Under the pieces are notes generated by a model. That model saw only the letters and a list, made by a program, of their open reading frames with translations, had not been told where the DNA came from and ran no database searches. Shown here piece by piece: positions 27,445-38,062 of a DNA stretch of 64,000 nt. This DNA comes from a bacterium. Lineage in GTDB: Bacteria; Oederibacteriota; JAAXVQ01; JAUVAV01. How positions within the stretch are numbered: position 1 is the stretch's first letter; each line of letters opens with the position of its first letter. The stretch spans positions 22,948 through 86,947 of the forward strand of contig JAIORK010000036.1 in assembly GCA_021108215.1 (NCBI GenBank), given 5' to 3'. A program made the translations under genes and the position numbers.

Positions 27445-27563
27445 AAGTAGTCACCTATTATAGTAACGGTCGTTAGCGCTAATCTTTAATATACCAATTT
27501 TAAAAAAAGCTGTCAATTATTTTGTTAGGATTGAGGTCTCTTACAAAATACACGAAAAAACGG

Positions 27564-28433
27564 TCATCCCAGCAAAGCTAAAATTCTATCTAAATCTTCG
27601 AGCGAATAATACTCAATCTCAATTTTGCCTTTTTGACCACTCCGCGGCATCACCTTGACTTGGGTGCCTAATTTCCGTCTTAATTCTTCTTCCAACTGGC
27701 GCGTATGCGGGTCCTTGACATCACCACGTCCCACCCGTTTATGCTTCACCGCCTTTTCAGGGCGTATTCCCTGCGCAAGACGCTCCGCCTCGCGAACCGA
27801 GAGACTATCCCGAACAATTTTCTCAGCCAACCGTTCCAACATACTCTCGTCAGTTATTGTCAATAAAGCGCGGGCATGTCCTTCGCTGATGCGGCTTTTC
27901 TTAACCAGTTCCTGAACAGACTGGGGAAGTTTGAGCAGGCGCAGGGTGTTGGCAACTGAAGACCGGTCTTTACCGACCCGCTTGGCCATGTCTTCCTGAG
28001 TAAGACTGAATTTTGTCATCAACTGATGATAAGCCAGTGCCGCTTCAATGGCGTTCAGATTCGAACGCTGAATATTTTCTATCAGGGCAATTTCCAGGCA
28101 TTCGGTATCATCAACCTCGCGGACAATCACCGGAATTTGCGACAGCCCGGCCAGCTTGGCCGCGCGGAAGCGACGTTCTCCCGCCACCAGCTCAAACTTC
28201 CCATCCTGCCGGGGACGAACCATGACAGGCTGAACAATGCCCTTTTCCTTGATCGAAGCGGACAACTCATCGAGTTCCTTGGGATCAAATTCCAGCCGGG
28301 GTTGAAATGGATTGGGAAAAATATTCTCGATCGTGATCTCAGCCGGCATGGCATACGTAGAAGGCGCGTTTTCAATATTCCCTTGCATGGGAATCAGTGC
28401 TTCCAAACCTTTTCCGAGTGCTTGTCTACTCAT
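27564..28433 (-). CDS. parB: Chromosome partitioning protein ParB/Spo0J
   Basis: ParB box GERRFRAAKLAGL, HTH region and N-terminal KGLEALI motif; downstream of parA. Confidence 0.9.
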   Translation of the reverse strand: MSRQALGKGLEALIPMQGNIENAPSTYAMPAEITIENIFPNPFQPRLEFDPKELDELSASIKEKGIVQPVMVRPRQDGKFELVAGERRFRAAKLAGLSQIPVIVREVDDTECLEIALIENIQRSNLNAIEAALAYHQLMTKFSLTQEDMAKRVGKDRSSVANTLRLLKLPQSVQELVKKSRISEGHARALLTITDESMLERLAEKIVRDSLSVREAERLAQGIRPEKAVKHKRVGRGDVKDPHTRQLEEELRRKLGTQVKVMPRSGQKGKIEIEYYSLEDLDRILALLG

Positions 28434-28572
28434 CGCGAAATGCCCCTTTACGCTAAATTTGATGATCCTGCTGTGAAAGTGCAGCCCGAAATCATATCCG
28501 AAAAACAGTCATCCATCAAGTAAATATCGCATGAAAAATCACATGCCCTGCCCGCCAGAAGAGGTTGTCTCC

Positions 28573-29403
28573 TTAACCCTGAAGACTGGTTTGTGTGGTG
28601 TTGGAATTGTCGGCACTGACCGCGACTGATTCCGTCGTCGGCTGATTGCGCGCGATGATCTCCTCCGCCAGTTGGATATAGGCAACCGATCCACTACACT
28701 TGCTGTCGTACTGCATGATCGGTTTACCAAAACTGGGTGCTTCGGAAAGTTTAACATTGCGCGGAATAATCGTGTCGTAGACTTTATTTTGAAAACGCTT
28801 TTTAATCTCCTGCATAACCTGGACCGTTAAATTAGTCCTTAAGTCACACATGGTCAGGACCACACCCTCGATCCGCAAATCCGGATTCAGCCCGTTTTTC
28901 ACCAAAATGATGGTACGCAACAACTGCCCCACACCATCCAGCGCGTAAAATTCCCCCTGAATGGGAATCAAAACGGTCTCGGCGGCAGTGAGTGTATTTA
29001 ATGTCAGCAATCCCAGGGAAGGCGGGCAATCGATAAAAATAAAATCAAATGAATCACGCAGCGGGGCAATCCCCTGGCGGAGTTTGGTTTCGCGGGCAAT
29101 CACATTGACCAGCTCAATTTCAGCACCGGACAGTTGAATATTGGCCGGTGCCAAATAAAAATTCTCCGTCTCGGTCTTGATAATAACATCAGCCATGGAT
29201 TGGTTTCCGATCAGAACATCATAAATACTTTTTTCCAGCTTTTCTTTGTCAAATCCCAATCCAACGGTCGAATTTCCCTGGGGATCAATATCAATTAACA
29301 AAACTTTCTTTCCCAAGGTTGCCAACCCGGCACATAAATTAATCGAGGTTGTGGTTTTACCCACACCGCCTTTTTGATTAACAATCGCAATAACTTTTCC
29401 CAT
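28573..29403 (-). CDS. parA: Chromosome partitioning ATPase ParA/Soj
   Basis: Deviant Walker A KGGVGKTTTSINL; 276 aa. Confidence 0.9.
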   Translation of the reverse strand: MGKVIAIVNQKGGVGKTTTSINLCAGLATLGKKVLLIDIDPQGNSTVGLGFDKEKLEKSIYDVLIGNQSMADVIIKTETENFYLAPANIQLSGAEIELVNVIARETKLRQGIAPLRDSFDFIFIDCPPSLGLLTLNTLTAAETVLIPIQGEFYALDGVGQLLRTIILVKNGLNPDLRIEGVVLTMCDLRTNLTVQVMQEIKKRFQNKVYDTIIPRNVKLSEAPSFGKPIMQYDSKCSGSVAYIQLAEEIIARNQPTTESVAVSADNSNTTQTSLQG

Positions 29404-29464
29404 TACAATCCTAATGTTCTAATTTTTTTAATATCAGCCTTCCGGATTCCCCGGCTGTAAAAGT

Positions 29465-29836
29465 TTAAAGCAGTTTGGCTATTTCCTCGCCCAATTGAAA
29501 CGGATCAAAGGGCTTGGTAAAATAACCGGCCGCGCCGACTTCCTTGCCCCGTTCAAAATCATCGTCATTGTTGCGCACGGTGAGAAAAACCACCGGAATA
29601 TCTTTTAAATCCTTGTTTTGTTTAATTCGGCGGCAGACTTCAAAACCATCCAGATCCGGCATCATCACATCCAATAAAATAAGATCAGGTCTGAATGTTT
29701 CCAAAATTTCCAATGCCTGATAACCCGAACCCGCTGGTGTGACTTCAAATGTCTTCATATCCAGGCTGCGATGAATCAGCATACTGATGTCTTCTTCATC
29801 TTCAACCACGAGAATGCGTTTAGCGGCCATGTGCAT
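29465..29836 (-). CDS. Response regulator, receiver domain only (CheY-like)
   Basis: ILVVEDEEDI, phospho-acceptor context DLILLDVMMPDLDGFEV and conserved K (YFTKPF); 123 aa. Confidence 0.85.
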   Translation of the reverse strand: MHMAAKRILVVEDEEDISMLIHRSLDMKTFEVTPAGSGYQALEILETFRPDLILLDVMMPDLDGFEVCRRIKQNKDLKDIPVVFLTVRNNDDDFERGKEVGAAGYFTKPFDPFQLGEEIAKLL

Positions 29837-30072
29837 GAACTCCTGAAATTATCGTGCAAACGTAAAGTATAGCATAATTTGAATTTTCGCAAGCAGCAAT
29901 TTTAATAAAAGCACCCCGGCTATAACATCGCAGCTTCATCACCGGACCCGCACAACCCCCTGCCCATTCCGGGCAGGGGGTTGTGCGGGAATACTTCAAA
30001 AAATAATGATTTTTTTAGCATGATTTCACTTAAAAATGAGTCAAACCCTAAAAAAGCCAAAGGAGTCTTCCC

Positions 30073-31629
30073 ATGTATTCACAGGTCTATAGCAGCGCCC
30101 TCTGGGGCATCTCAGCCAAACCCGTCCGGGTGGAAATCGATGTCAGCCGCGGATTACCGGGATTTTGTATTGTCGGTCTCCCGGATACCGCAGTCAAGGA
30201 AAGCCGCGACCGCGTTGTCGCCGCCTTGAAAAATTCGCAGCTTGATTTACCGCCGCGCCGTATCACGGTCAACTTAGCCCCGGCGCATCTCCGTAAAGAA
30301 GGTCCGGCATACGATCTCCCGATTGCTTTGGCCTTGTTGGGTGCCTTGGGACAAATCCCGCTGCCGGCGCTGGAAGAACACCTCATCTTCGGTGAACTCT
30401 CCTTGGACGGCCGGGTCTGTCCGGTGCGCGGTGCGCTCTCGCTTATTTCCGCAACGCAGTCAGCCCGCTTGTCGAAGGTCATGCTTCCCCGGGGCAATGC
30501 CCCGGAAGCCGGTGTCCTTGAACATCTTACTATTTTCCCCATGGATACACTGCTGGATGCGGTTGACTATCTTTCCGGAAGAACCACCCCTACACCCTTC
30601 ACGGTCAATACCGCGCAACTTTTCCAGAACGCCAATCAGTACACCGTGGATTTTTCAGAAGTCCGCAGCCAGGCGCATGCCAAACGCGCTTTGGAGGTCG
30701 CAGCGTGCGGGGGACACAACGTACTGATGATCGGTCCCCCTGGCAGCGGCAAGACTATGCTCACCCAGCGCCTGCCTACCATCCTGCCGGAACTGACGCT
30801 TCCGGAGGCACTGGAAACCACCCGCATTTATAGTATTAGCGGTCTGCTCTCTCACGAGCATACCCTGATGACTTCACGCCCCTTTCGTTCCCCCCATCAT
30901 ACTGTCAGCGATGTCGCCTTAATCGGCGGCGGCACTTTCCCGCGACCGGGCGAGGTTTCATTGGCACACAATGGTGTTCTGTTCTTAGATGAGCTCTCGG
31001 AGTTCTCAAAAAATGCCCTGGAAGTACTCCGGCAGCCGCTGGAAAACCAGGAAGTCACCATCTCCCGTACTGCGGCGGCAATTACCTATCCTGCCCGCTT
31101 CATGTTGATCGCGGCCATGAATCCCTGTCCCTGCGGTTTTTTCACAGACCCGGCCAAAGAGTGTCTTTGCACACCGACACAGATTCAGCGCTATCTCGGA
31201 AAAATTTCCGGACCTCTGCTTGACCGTTTTGATATCCATCTTGAAGTCCCGGCAGTTAAATACCAAGAGCTTGCCGGTACACAGGATCCCGAACCTTCTC
31301 AGATAATTCGCGAACGGGTTGTACAGGGACGAAAAAACCAGAAACAACGTTTCCAGGAACTGCCCGGACTTTATTTGAATTCCCAACTCAGTCCCCGCCT
31401 GATGCGGCACTATTGCCGTCTGGGAAGCGAGAGCCATGCCCTGCTCAAAAACGCCATTGAGCACCTCAATCTCTCCGCCCGTGCCTATCACCGGGTCATC
31501 AAGGTGGCGCGTACCATTGCCGATCTGGAGGGGTCCGCCGATATTTTGCCGGAGTATGTGGGTGAGGCTATCCAGTACCGGACATTGGACAAACGCTATT
31601 GGGGGCAGATGCATACCGCAATGCGCTAA
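30073..31629 (+). CDS. comM: YifB/ComM family Mg-chelatase-like AAA+ ATPase
   Basis: N-terminal Lon-like/ChlI domain (RVEIDVSRGLPGFCIVGLPDTAVKESRDRV), Walker A GPPGSGKT and C-terminal Mg-chelatase domain; 518 aa. Confidence 0.9.
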   Translation: MYSQVYSSALWGISAKPVRVEIDVSRGLPGFCIVGLPDTAVKESRDRVVAALKNSQLDLPPRRITVNLAPAHLRKEGPAYDLPIALALLGALGQIPLPALEEHLIFGELSLDGRVCPVRGALSLISATQSARLSKVMLPRGNAPEAGVLEHLTIFPMDTLLDAVDYLSGRTTPTPFTVNTAQLFQNANQYTVDFSEVRSQAHAKRALEVAACGGHNVLMIGPPGSGKTMLTQRLPTILPELTLPEALETTRIYSISGLLSHEHTLMTSRPFRSPHHTVSDVALIGGGTFPRPGEVSLAHNGVLFLDELSEFSKNALEVLRQPLENQEVTISRTAAAITYPARFMLIAAMNPCPCGFFTDPAKECLCTPTQIQRYLGKISGPLLDRFDIHLEVPAVKYQELAGTQDPEPSQIIRERVVQGRKNQKQRFQELPGLYLNSQLSPRLMRHYCRLGSESHALLKNAIEHLNLSARAYHRVIKVARTIADLEGSADILPEYVGEAIQYRTLDKRYWGQMHTAMR

Positions 31630-31680
31630 AAAAAGCATTTTATTGACACTCGCAGCACACTCCTCTATATTAAAAGGACT

Positions 31681-33984
31681 TTGTTCTTTGCCGGGAGGCT
31701 TTACGTGAATGCTTTGACTGCCCAAACATCTTCGGATACCAAAATTATAAAAATCTGTGACCGCCTCAATGAAATCCTGATCGCTCTGGTGATTCTGCTT
31801 ATTCCAACTTTTTTCATTATTTTAACCCGTGACCAATTCGAACTGCCTAAACTGACTATTTTCCGCATCCTAACCTGCTTTATGCTGGGAACCTGGGGTG
31901 TCCGGATCGTGGCCGCCAGAAAGATCCATTTCCGCAAAACACCACTCGATATTCCCATCCTGGTCTGGGCTGCTCTGCAAATCGTCACCACCTTTATTTC
32001 CGTCTCCGGATATGTATCTTACCGCGGAGAGTACGAAAATTTCCGCGGTTTAATCACCGTCCTCAATTATGCTGTTTTATACTTTGTGGCTGTCAATTTT
32101 ATCCGGACCCGCGAACAAATCAACCGCATGCTTTTCATCATTTTGTTTACCGGCCTATTGGTGACCGCTTACGGAATTGCGCAATTTTTCGGTATGGATT
32201 TTATTGCCTGGAATCCGACTTCCGTCGCGCCGGGCCGCTACTTTGCCTCTCTGGGAAACCCCAATTTTCTGGCAGCCTACCTGGCCATGATCATGCCATT
32301 AATCGTCATTTTCTTTATTGAAAGCACTTCGCGTTTTCGCCGAATCCTGCTGTTTGTAAGCTTCATTGTTATGTTCACGGCCTTGATGGGGACATGGAGT
32401 CGCGGCGGTTTTTTAGGTCTGCTGGGTGCTTTAGATGTGATCATTCTTTTTGGCGTGGTACGAGCGTTCCGTGCCCTCCAGACGCAATCCGCCAACCGGC
32501 AAGCCAACATCGGTACGCTCATCAAAGAATGGATTGATGCGCACAAAATGCTGAGTATGACAATGGCTGCCGCCCTCATCCTTCTGATAAGTATTTCAGC
32601 CACTTTTGGCCGGGCGCATATGCTGCGCATGGCCGATACCGTTATCCATATCAAAGATGCCGTGACCGTCTCGCGGCTGCATATCTGGGGGCCGGCGCTG
32701 GGTATGATTAAGGAAAATCCAATTTTGGGAAGCGGGCTGGATACCTTCAAAACCGTCTTTCCACGCTATGCCACACCTAAATTTGCTGCGATCGATGGTG
32801 CCAATGTTTCTTCCCGTACAGCTCACAATGAAATTCTACAAGTACTTGCAACCCAGGGATTTGTTGGATTGCTTATCGTCACCTGGCTAACGGTGATGCT
32901 CCTGATCAATTGGTGGAAAGCCTATCAGCGAAGCCGGGAACGTTGGCAAGACCGCCTTGTTTTAGTCGGCATGGCAGCAAGCTGGACAGCCTATTCCATC
33001 CAAAATCTTTTCTCTTTCGGGGTGGTGGCCATTGATTCACTCTATTGGCTGATGATTGCCGTTATTATTCTGCTCGGTGAGTCACCAAAAAAGCAGACCG
33101 CACTGGCACCTTCTCAAATTCCGGAAGAAAATCCCAACACTTTTTTTTCGCGCTTGGCACCCTTGCGTGTTGTGGTCATTCTGGCCATGCTGGGACTGGC
33201 CGGTTTCGGCTCCTGGCAAGTTCTCAAAACCGCATTGGCTGACTATGCCTACAATCTGGGGACCATCTATCGCTTGCGCAGTATGTGGGACCATTGTATT
33301 GTCGCCTTCACCCGCGCACATACCCTTTCTCCCACGGAAGTCAAATATGCCGTCTATCAAGGCCTGGCCTATGAAGAGAAAGCCAAACATGTTGCGCCCG
33401 GGCAGCAACTCCCGCTCATTCTCAAGGCTCTGGAAGCCTATCACCGGGGCGCAAAGATGAACCCCACCAATGCCTACTACTTAGGCAATCTGGGGCGTGC
33501 TTATGCTTTTGCCTCCAACGTGGAACCGACGAATCAAACTTATTCCGATAACTCAATTCGATATTTAAACGAGGCGATTGTTTACGCCCCGGTCACAGTG
33601 CTGTTTTATCAAAACCTTGGGATGACATACTTTGGCCGGCGAAATTATGATGACTTTGTAAAAATTGTTGATAAGCTGGCGGTCTTTAATACGGTCGAAG
33701 CTTCCAAACTGGTTTTCTCTGCAGGTAACCAACTCTACAACATAAATGATTTGGGAGGATGCAAAACGTATTATGGAAAAGCGCTGGAAATCAATCCGGA
33801 CTATGTTGAGGCGCACTTTAATCTGGGGGTAACCCTGGCAAGAATGGGCAGCGAAAAAGAAGCCATCGCACACTGGCAACAGGCATTGGTATTAAAACCC
33901 TCTTTTAGCCCTGCCAAGCAAATGCTGGAGCGGTATCAATCCGATCCTCAAACCATGCCCGGCCGGGTCATCATGAATAAATAA
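31681..33984 (+). CDS. O-antigen ligase (Wzy_C)-like polytopic membrane protein fused to C-terminal TPR repeats
   Basis: About 10 TM helices with a large periplasmic loop and an O-antigen-ligase-type motif region (TWSRGGFLGLLGA...H), followed by TPR-like repeats (AYYLGNLGRAY, AHFNLGVTLARMG); exact start uncertain. Confidence 0.6.
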   Translation: MFFAGRLYVNALTAQTSSDTKIIKICDRLNEILIALVILLIPTFFIILTRDQFELPKLTIFRILTCFMLGTWGVRIVAARKIHFRKTPLDIPILVWAALQIVTTFISVSGYVSYRGEYENFRGLITVLNYAVLYFVAVNFIRTREQINRMLFIILFTGLLVTAYGIAQFFGMDFIAWNPTSVAPGRYFASLGNPNFLAAYLAMIMPLIVIFFIESTSRFRRILLFVSFIVMFTALMGTWSRGGFLGLLGALDVIILFGVVRAFRALQTQSANRQANIGTLIKEWIDAHKMLSMTMAAALILLISISATFGRAHMLRMADTVIHIKDAVTVSRLHIWGPALGMIKENPILGSGLDTFKTVFPRYATPKFAAIDGANVSSRTAHNEILQVLATQGFVGLLIVTWLTVMLLINWWKAYQRSRERWQDRLVLVGMAASWTAYSIQNLFSFGVVAIDSLYWLMIAVIILLGESPKKQTALAPSQIPEENPNTFFSRLAPLRVVVILAMLGLAGFGSWQVLKTALADYAYNLGTIYRLRSMWDHCIVAFTRAHTLSPTEVKYAVYQGLAYEEKAKHVAPGQQLPLILKALEAYHRGAKMNPTNAYYLGNLGRAYAFASNVEPTNQTYSDNSIRYLNEAIVYAPVTVLFYQNLGMTYFGRRNYDDFVKIVDKLAVFNTVEASKLVFSAGNQLYNINDLGGCKTYYGKALEINPDYVEAHFNLGVTLARMGSEKEAIAHWQQALVLKPSFSPAKQMLERYQSDPQTMPGRVIMNK

Positions 33985-34054
33985 TAAGGGGTTCGTCGCA
34001 GGGAACGGTTTGAAACCGTTCCCTACAAAATTTACGATACGATGATTTTATTTT

Positions 34055-37000
34055 TTATTTCCCGCGATGAATTCCCTGAATTTTAATCCGGCTGCTATCG
34101 ATCAATCCTGTCAAGGCTTCCAGCAGCGACAATGTAACGGTCACTCCAAAACGTTCCGGCAAAGACTCGATAACCTCACCATGATGCGTGGTTTGCAAAT
34201 GGAGTACCACCGGCACCGGCCCGCTATGTTTCAATAAAATGGATTTCAAAGACTCCAATTGGTCGATCCCGGTGGTCACGGTAATGAGCAAACGGAGTTT
34301 TTTAGTAAGCTGAGAATACGCATGACTCAACGGCACAATATCCGTGGCCACTACCTTACTTTCATCCCCGCTGCGATCAAGCTTGCCCACCACAAACAGC
34401 ATCGCATCCTTGACTAAATAGGTTTTATGCCTCCCCAAAAGATCCGGCCAGACAATCACCTCTACCATCCCTTCACCATCATCCAATGAAAAACGGAGCA
34501 TCGCCTCCTTGCGCTTGGTCATGCTGTGCCGAATCCCGACCACCACACCACCCACCACCAGGGACTGCCCCTCGTTCAATCTGTCAACCTTCAACGTGGT
34601 GGTAGTACGAAATGTCTCCAGCAGTTTTTGAAACTCCTCCAGCGGATGACCGGAAAGATAAAATCCTAAAACCTCTTTTTCATTGGCAAGCCGTTCTTTT
34701 TCCGTCTCAGCCGGAATATTTTTAATCTCCATGGAAATCGTATCATCCAGATGCTCAAACATATTAACCTGTCCCTGGTCTTTTTCCACCTGCCACTTTT
34801 GCGCAGAAGACAACATCTGCGGCATGTTCTGCAAAAGTATGTTACGGGCCTGTTGTGTAAAATCAAAAGCACCGGCTTTGATAAGACTTTCAATCGCCCG
34901 TGCATTCACTGTCTTCACATCCACCCGGTTACAGAAATCCTCAAAAGAAGTAAAAGAATCATTGGCTTCCTGCTCTAAGTGGACCACCTGGGCCGCACCG
35001 GTCCCGACATTTTTTATTGCAGCCAATCCGAAGCGAATGGCATCTTTTTCCACGGCAAATCTGTCCCGGCTTGCATTGACATCCGGCGGCAGGATGGCAA
35101 TCTCCATGCTGCGGCATTCCATCAAGTATTGGGAAACCTTATCCGTGCTCCCCATTTCATTGGAAAGCAACGCAGACATATAGGCCAGAGGAAAATTTGC
35201 TTTTAAATAAGCGGTCTGATATGCCAGAAGCGCATAGGCAAGACTGTGTGATTTATTAAAACCATATTCTCCAAAACGCGCCATATAATCAAAAATTTCC
35301 TCCGCCACCTCCGGTGCGATTTTTTTTGCATGGGCGCCGCTTACAAACCGGTCCCGCTGCTGTTCAATGATTTCCGGATTTTTCTTCCCCATGGCGCGAC
35401 GGAGCAGATCGGATTGTCCGTAGGTAAAACCGCCGATTACCACCGCAATTTGCATCACCTGTTCCTGGTAAACAATGGTTCCATATGTTTCCTTGAGAAT
35501 GGGTTCCAATAGAGGATGGGTATACCGAATCGGCACCCGGCCTTGTTTGCGCATAATATACTCATCAATAATCGCCATGGGACCCGGCCGGTAGAGGGCA
35601 ATCAGCGCACAAATTTCTTCTAAAGAACGCGGTTTTAATCGTTTCAAAAGATCGCGCATCCCGGATGATTCAAGCTGGAAAACACCGGCAGTCCGCCCGG
35701 CACTGAGCAACTCAAAAGTTTTTTCATCTTCCAAAGGAATTTGTTTTATGTCTAATTTTTCATTTGTCTGCCAATACACTTCTTCGAGTGTATCTTCAAT
35801 AATTGTAAGCGTTCGCAACCCTAAAAAATCCATTTTCAACAACCCCAGACGTTCCAATGATTCCATGGCATACTGGGTTGTCAAGGTCGCGTCATCGGTT
35901 GTCCCGTCTTTTATGCTGCCGCGGCCGGCTTTGGTCCGGCAAAGCGGGACCAAGTCCATCAGCGGATCACGCGAAATCACAACGCCGGCCGCGTGGGTGG
36001 ACGCATGCCGCACCTGTCCCTCCAACGCACGTGCCACATCCAGTAATTTCCGGATAGGTTCATCGCCTTGGTATTTTTCACGCAACTCCGGTACCTGCTC
36101 CATGGCACGATCAATGGTTATATCCGGAACTTGCGGAATCAACTTGGCAATACGGTCAACCTTGTCATAGGGAAGGTTCAAAACACGTCCCACATCCCGC
36201 ACCGCAGCCCGGGCAGCCATGGTGCCAAACGTAATGATCTGAGCCACGTTTTCCTGGCCATATTTTTGAGTAACATATCGAATAACGTTTTCCCGTCCGG
36301 TATCGGAAAAATCAACATCAATGTCCGGCATGGAGATTCGCTCCGGATTTAAAAACCTTTCGAAAATAAGCCCATATTTCATGGGATCAATATCAGTGAT
36401 GCCGAGAAGATAGGCTGTCAAAGAGCCTGCTACAGATCCCCTGCCGGGACCTACCGGAATCCCCTGCGTACGTGCATAACTGATAAAATCCCAGACAATA
36501 AGGAAATAAGCGGCATATCCCATTTTCCGGATAACCCCCAGCTCATAGTCCAGTCGTTCATGAACCGCCGGTACAGGGTCCCCAAAACAACGCTGCAATC
36601 CTGCTTGACACAAATGCCCTAAATAAGCATCCAGCGTTCCTGTCTTCTCCTCCTCCGTTTCCTGCGGGAGTTGAGCAATAACGTCGGCCGGGACAGGATA
36701 GTTCGGAAGCTGTATCCTGCCTGTCGGCATTTCCAAATTGCAATGATTGGCAATTTCAGTTGTATGATGGGCCGCTTCAGGTATCTCGTGAAACAAGGAT
36801 TCCATCTCATCGCCGGATTTTAAATAAAATTCCTGAGTGGACATACGCATCCGGTTTTCATCCGTCAAATTTGTCCCGGTCTGCAAACAAAGCAATGCCT
36901 CCTGCGCCAGAGCATCCTCGCGCCGAAGATAGTGAACATCATTGGTTGCCACCAAAGGAATACCCACTTCGCGGGAAAGATCAATCAAACCGCGATTCAC

Positions 37001-37573
37001 CGCCCCTTGCACCGGAAGATTCTGATCCATGATTTCGAGATAAAAATTACCCTTCCCAAACAATTGCTGATAGTCTTCCGCCAATTGCCGGGCCAACGGC
37101 ATCTCGCCTTTTTGAAGACTCATTGGAATCTCACCATGCAGGCAGGCACTTAAACCGATCAGTCCCTCACTATGCTTGGCCAAAACTTCCTTGTCAATCC
37201 GCGGCCGGTAATAAAATCCCTGCAAAAACCCAATACTGGTTAATGCCACCAAATTTCGATACCCGGTAAAGTTTTTTGCCAGCAAGGTAAGATGGTAGGC
37301 TGCGTCTTTCATGCCATGATTGCTTTTTTTGTCCAGCCTGGAACCGCTGGCAATATAGGCTTCCATTCCGATGATGGGTTTAACACCATGCTTGAGGCAG
37401 GTATGATAAAACTCAATGGCACCATACATAACGCCGTGATCTGTCATGGCCAGAGCCGGCATGCGCAGCTCACGGGCACGTTTCACCAACGAATCAAGAC
37501 GGCAGGCACCGTCCAGCAGGGAATACTCGGTATGAACATGCAGGTGGACAAAATTTTTAAACGGCATCAGCAT
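34055..37573 (-). CDS. dnaE: DNA polymerase III alpha subunit
   Basis: N-terminal PHP domain (FVHLHVHTEYSLLDGA), polymerase core and C-terminal OB fold; 1172 aa. Confidence 0.95.
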   Translation of the reverse strand: MLMPFKNFVHLHVHTEYSLLDGACRLDSLVKRARELRMPALAMTDHGVMYGAIEFYHTCLKHGVKPIIGMEAYIASGSRLDKKSNHGMKDAAYHLTLLAKNFTGYRNLVALTSIGFLQGFYYRPRIDKEVLAKHSEGLIGLSACLHGEIPMSLQKGEMPLARQLAEDYQQLFGKGNFYLEIMDQNLPVQGAVNRGLIDLSREVGIPLVATNDVHYLRREDALAQEALLCLQTGTNLTDENRMRMSTQEFYLKSGDEMESLFHEIPEAAHHTTEIANHCNLEMPTGRIQLPNYPVPADVIAQLPQETEEEKTGTLDAYLGHLCQAGLQRCFGDPVPAVHERLDYELGVIRKMGYAAYFLIVWDFISYARTQGIPVGPGRGSVAGSLTAYLLGITDIDPMKYGLIFERFLNPERISMPDIDVDFSDTGRENVIRYVTQKYGQENVAQIITFGTMAARAAVRDVGRVLNLPYDKVDRIAKLIPQVPDITIDRAMEQVPELREKYQGDEPIRKLLDVARALEGQVRHASTHAAGVVISRDPLMDLVPLCRTKAGRGSIKDGTTDDATLTTQYAMESLERLGLLKMDFLGLRTLTIIEDTLEEVYWQTNEKLDIKQIPLEDEKTFELLSAGRTAGVFQLESSGMRDLLKRLKPRSLEEICALIALYRPGPMAIIDEYIMRKQGRVPIRYTHPLLEPILKETYGTIVYQEQVMQIAVVIGGFTYGQSDLLRRAMGKKNPEIIEQQRDRFVSGAHAKKIAPEVAEEIFDYMARFGEYGFNKSHSLAYALLAYQTAYLKANFPLAYMSALLSNEMGSTDKVSQYLMECRSMEIAILPPDVNASRDRFAVEKDAIRFGLAAIKNVGTGAAQVVHLEQEANDSFTSFEDFCNRVDVKTVNARAIESLIKAGAFDFTQQARNILLQNMPQMLSSAQKWQVEKDQGQVNMFEHLDDTISMEIKNIPAETEKERLANEKEVLGFYLSGHPLEEFQKLLETFRTTTTLKVDRLNEGQSLVVGGVVVGIRHSMTKRKEAMLRFSLDDGEGMVEVIVWPDLLGRHKTYLVKDAMLFVVGKLDRSGDESKVVATDIVPLSHAYSQLTKKLRLLITVTTGIDQLESLKSILLKHSGPVPVVLHLQTTHHGEVIESLPERFGVTVTLSLLEALTGLIDSSRIKIQGIHRGK

Positions 37574-37584
37574 AACTCATTGAT

Positions 37585-38025
37585 TTATTTTCCCATCACC
37601 TGGATCACCACACACCGGTTCCGGCTGCGGGTATCATGATCAATCAAGACCACTTGCTGCCAGGTTCCCAACATCATTTCCCGGCCCAGTACCGGAATGG
37701 TAAGTGACGGCCCAATCAGGGCGGCCCGGATATGCGATCCACCGTTACCATCCCCCCAGGTCTGATTATGCTCCCAGTTTTTTTGAAATGGAATCAAAGA
37801 CTCCAATACCTGCGGAATATCTTTAAGCAGACCGGGTTCATATTCAATTGTTGTGATTGAGGCGGTCGCACCCGGAGTAAACACAGTGGCGTGACCTTCC
37901 GCAACACCGCTTTTCCGGACAAGATCACGTACCGCTTCGGTCACATCAATAATATGATCTTTGCCGCGGGTCGGTACTGTGATTTCCTTGGTCATCACTT
38001 TCCAGTCAGTATCCGTCTTGGGCAT
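37585..38025 (-). CDS. yjbQ: YjbQ family protein (UPF0047; secondary thiamine-phosphate synthase-like)
   Basis: ITVPTRGKDHIIDVT ... IDHDTRSRNR characteristic of YjbQ family; ~135 aa from the likely start MTKEI. Confidence 0.7.
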   Translation of the reverse strand: MPKTDTDWKVMTKEITVPTRGKDHIIDVTEAVRDLVRKSGVAEGHATVFTPGATASITTIEYEPGLLKDIPQVLESLIPFQKNWEHNQTWGDGNGGSHIRAALIGPSLTIPVLGREMMLGTWQQVVLIDHDTRSRNRCVVIQVMGK

Positions 38026-38062
38026 TTTAAAACCTCATCACTATTTTAATTTCAGAACAGCA

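Noticed and set aside
30087-30861. Minus-strand ORFs antisense to comM
   Set aside because: Embedded in the well-supported comM/yifB coding region on the opposite strand.
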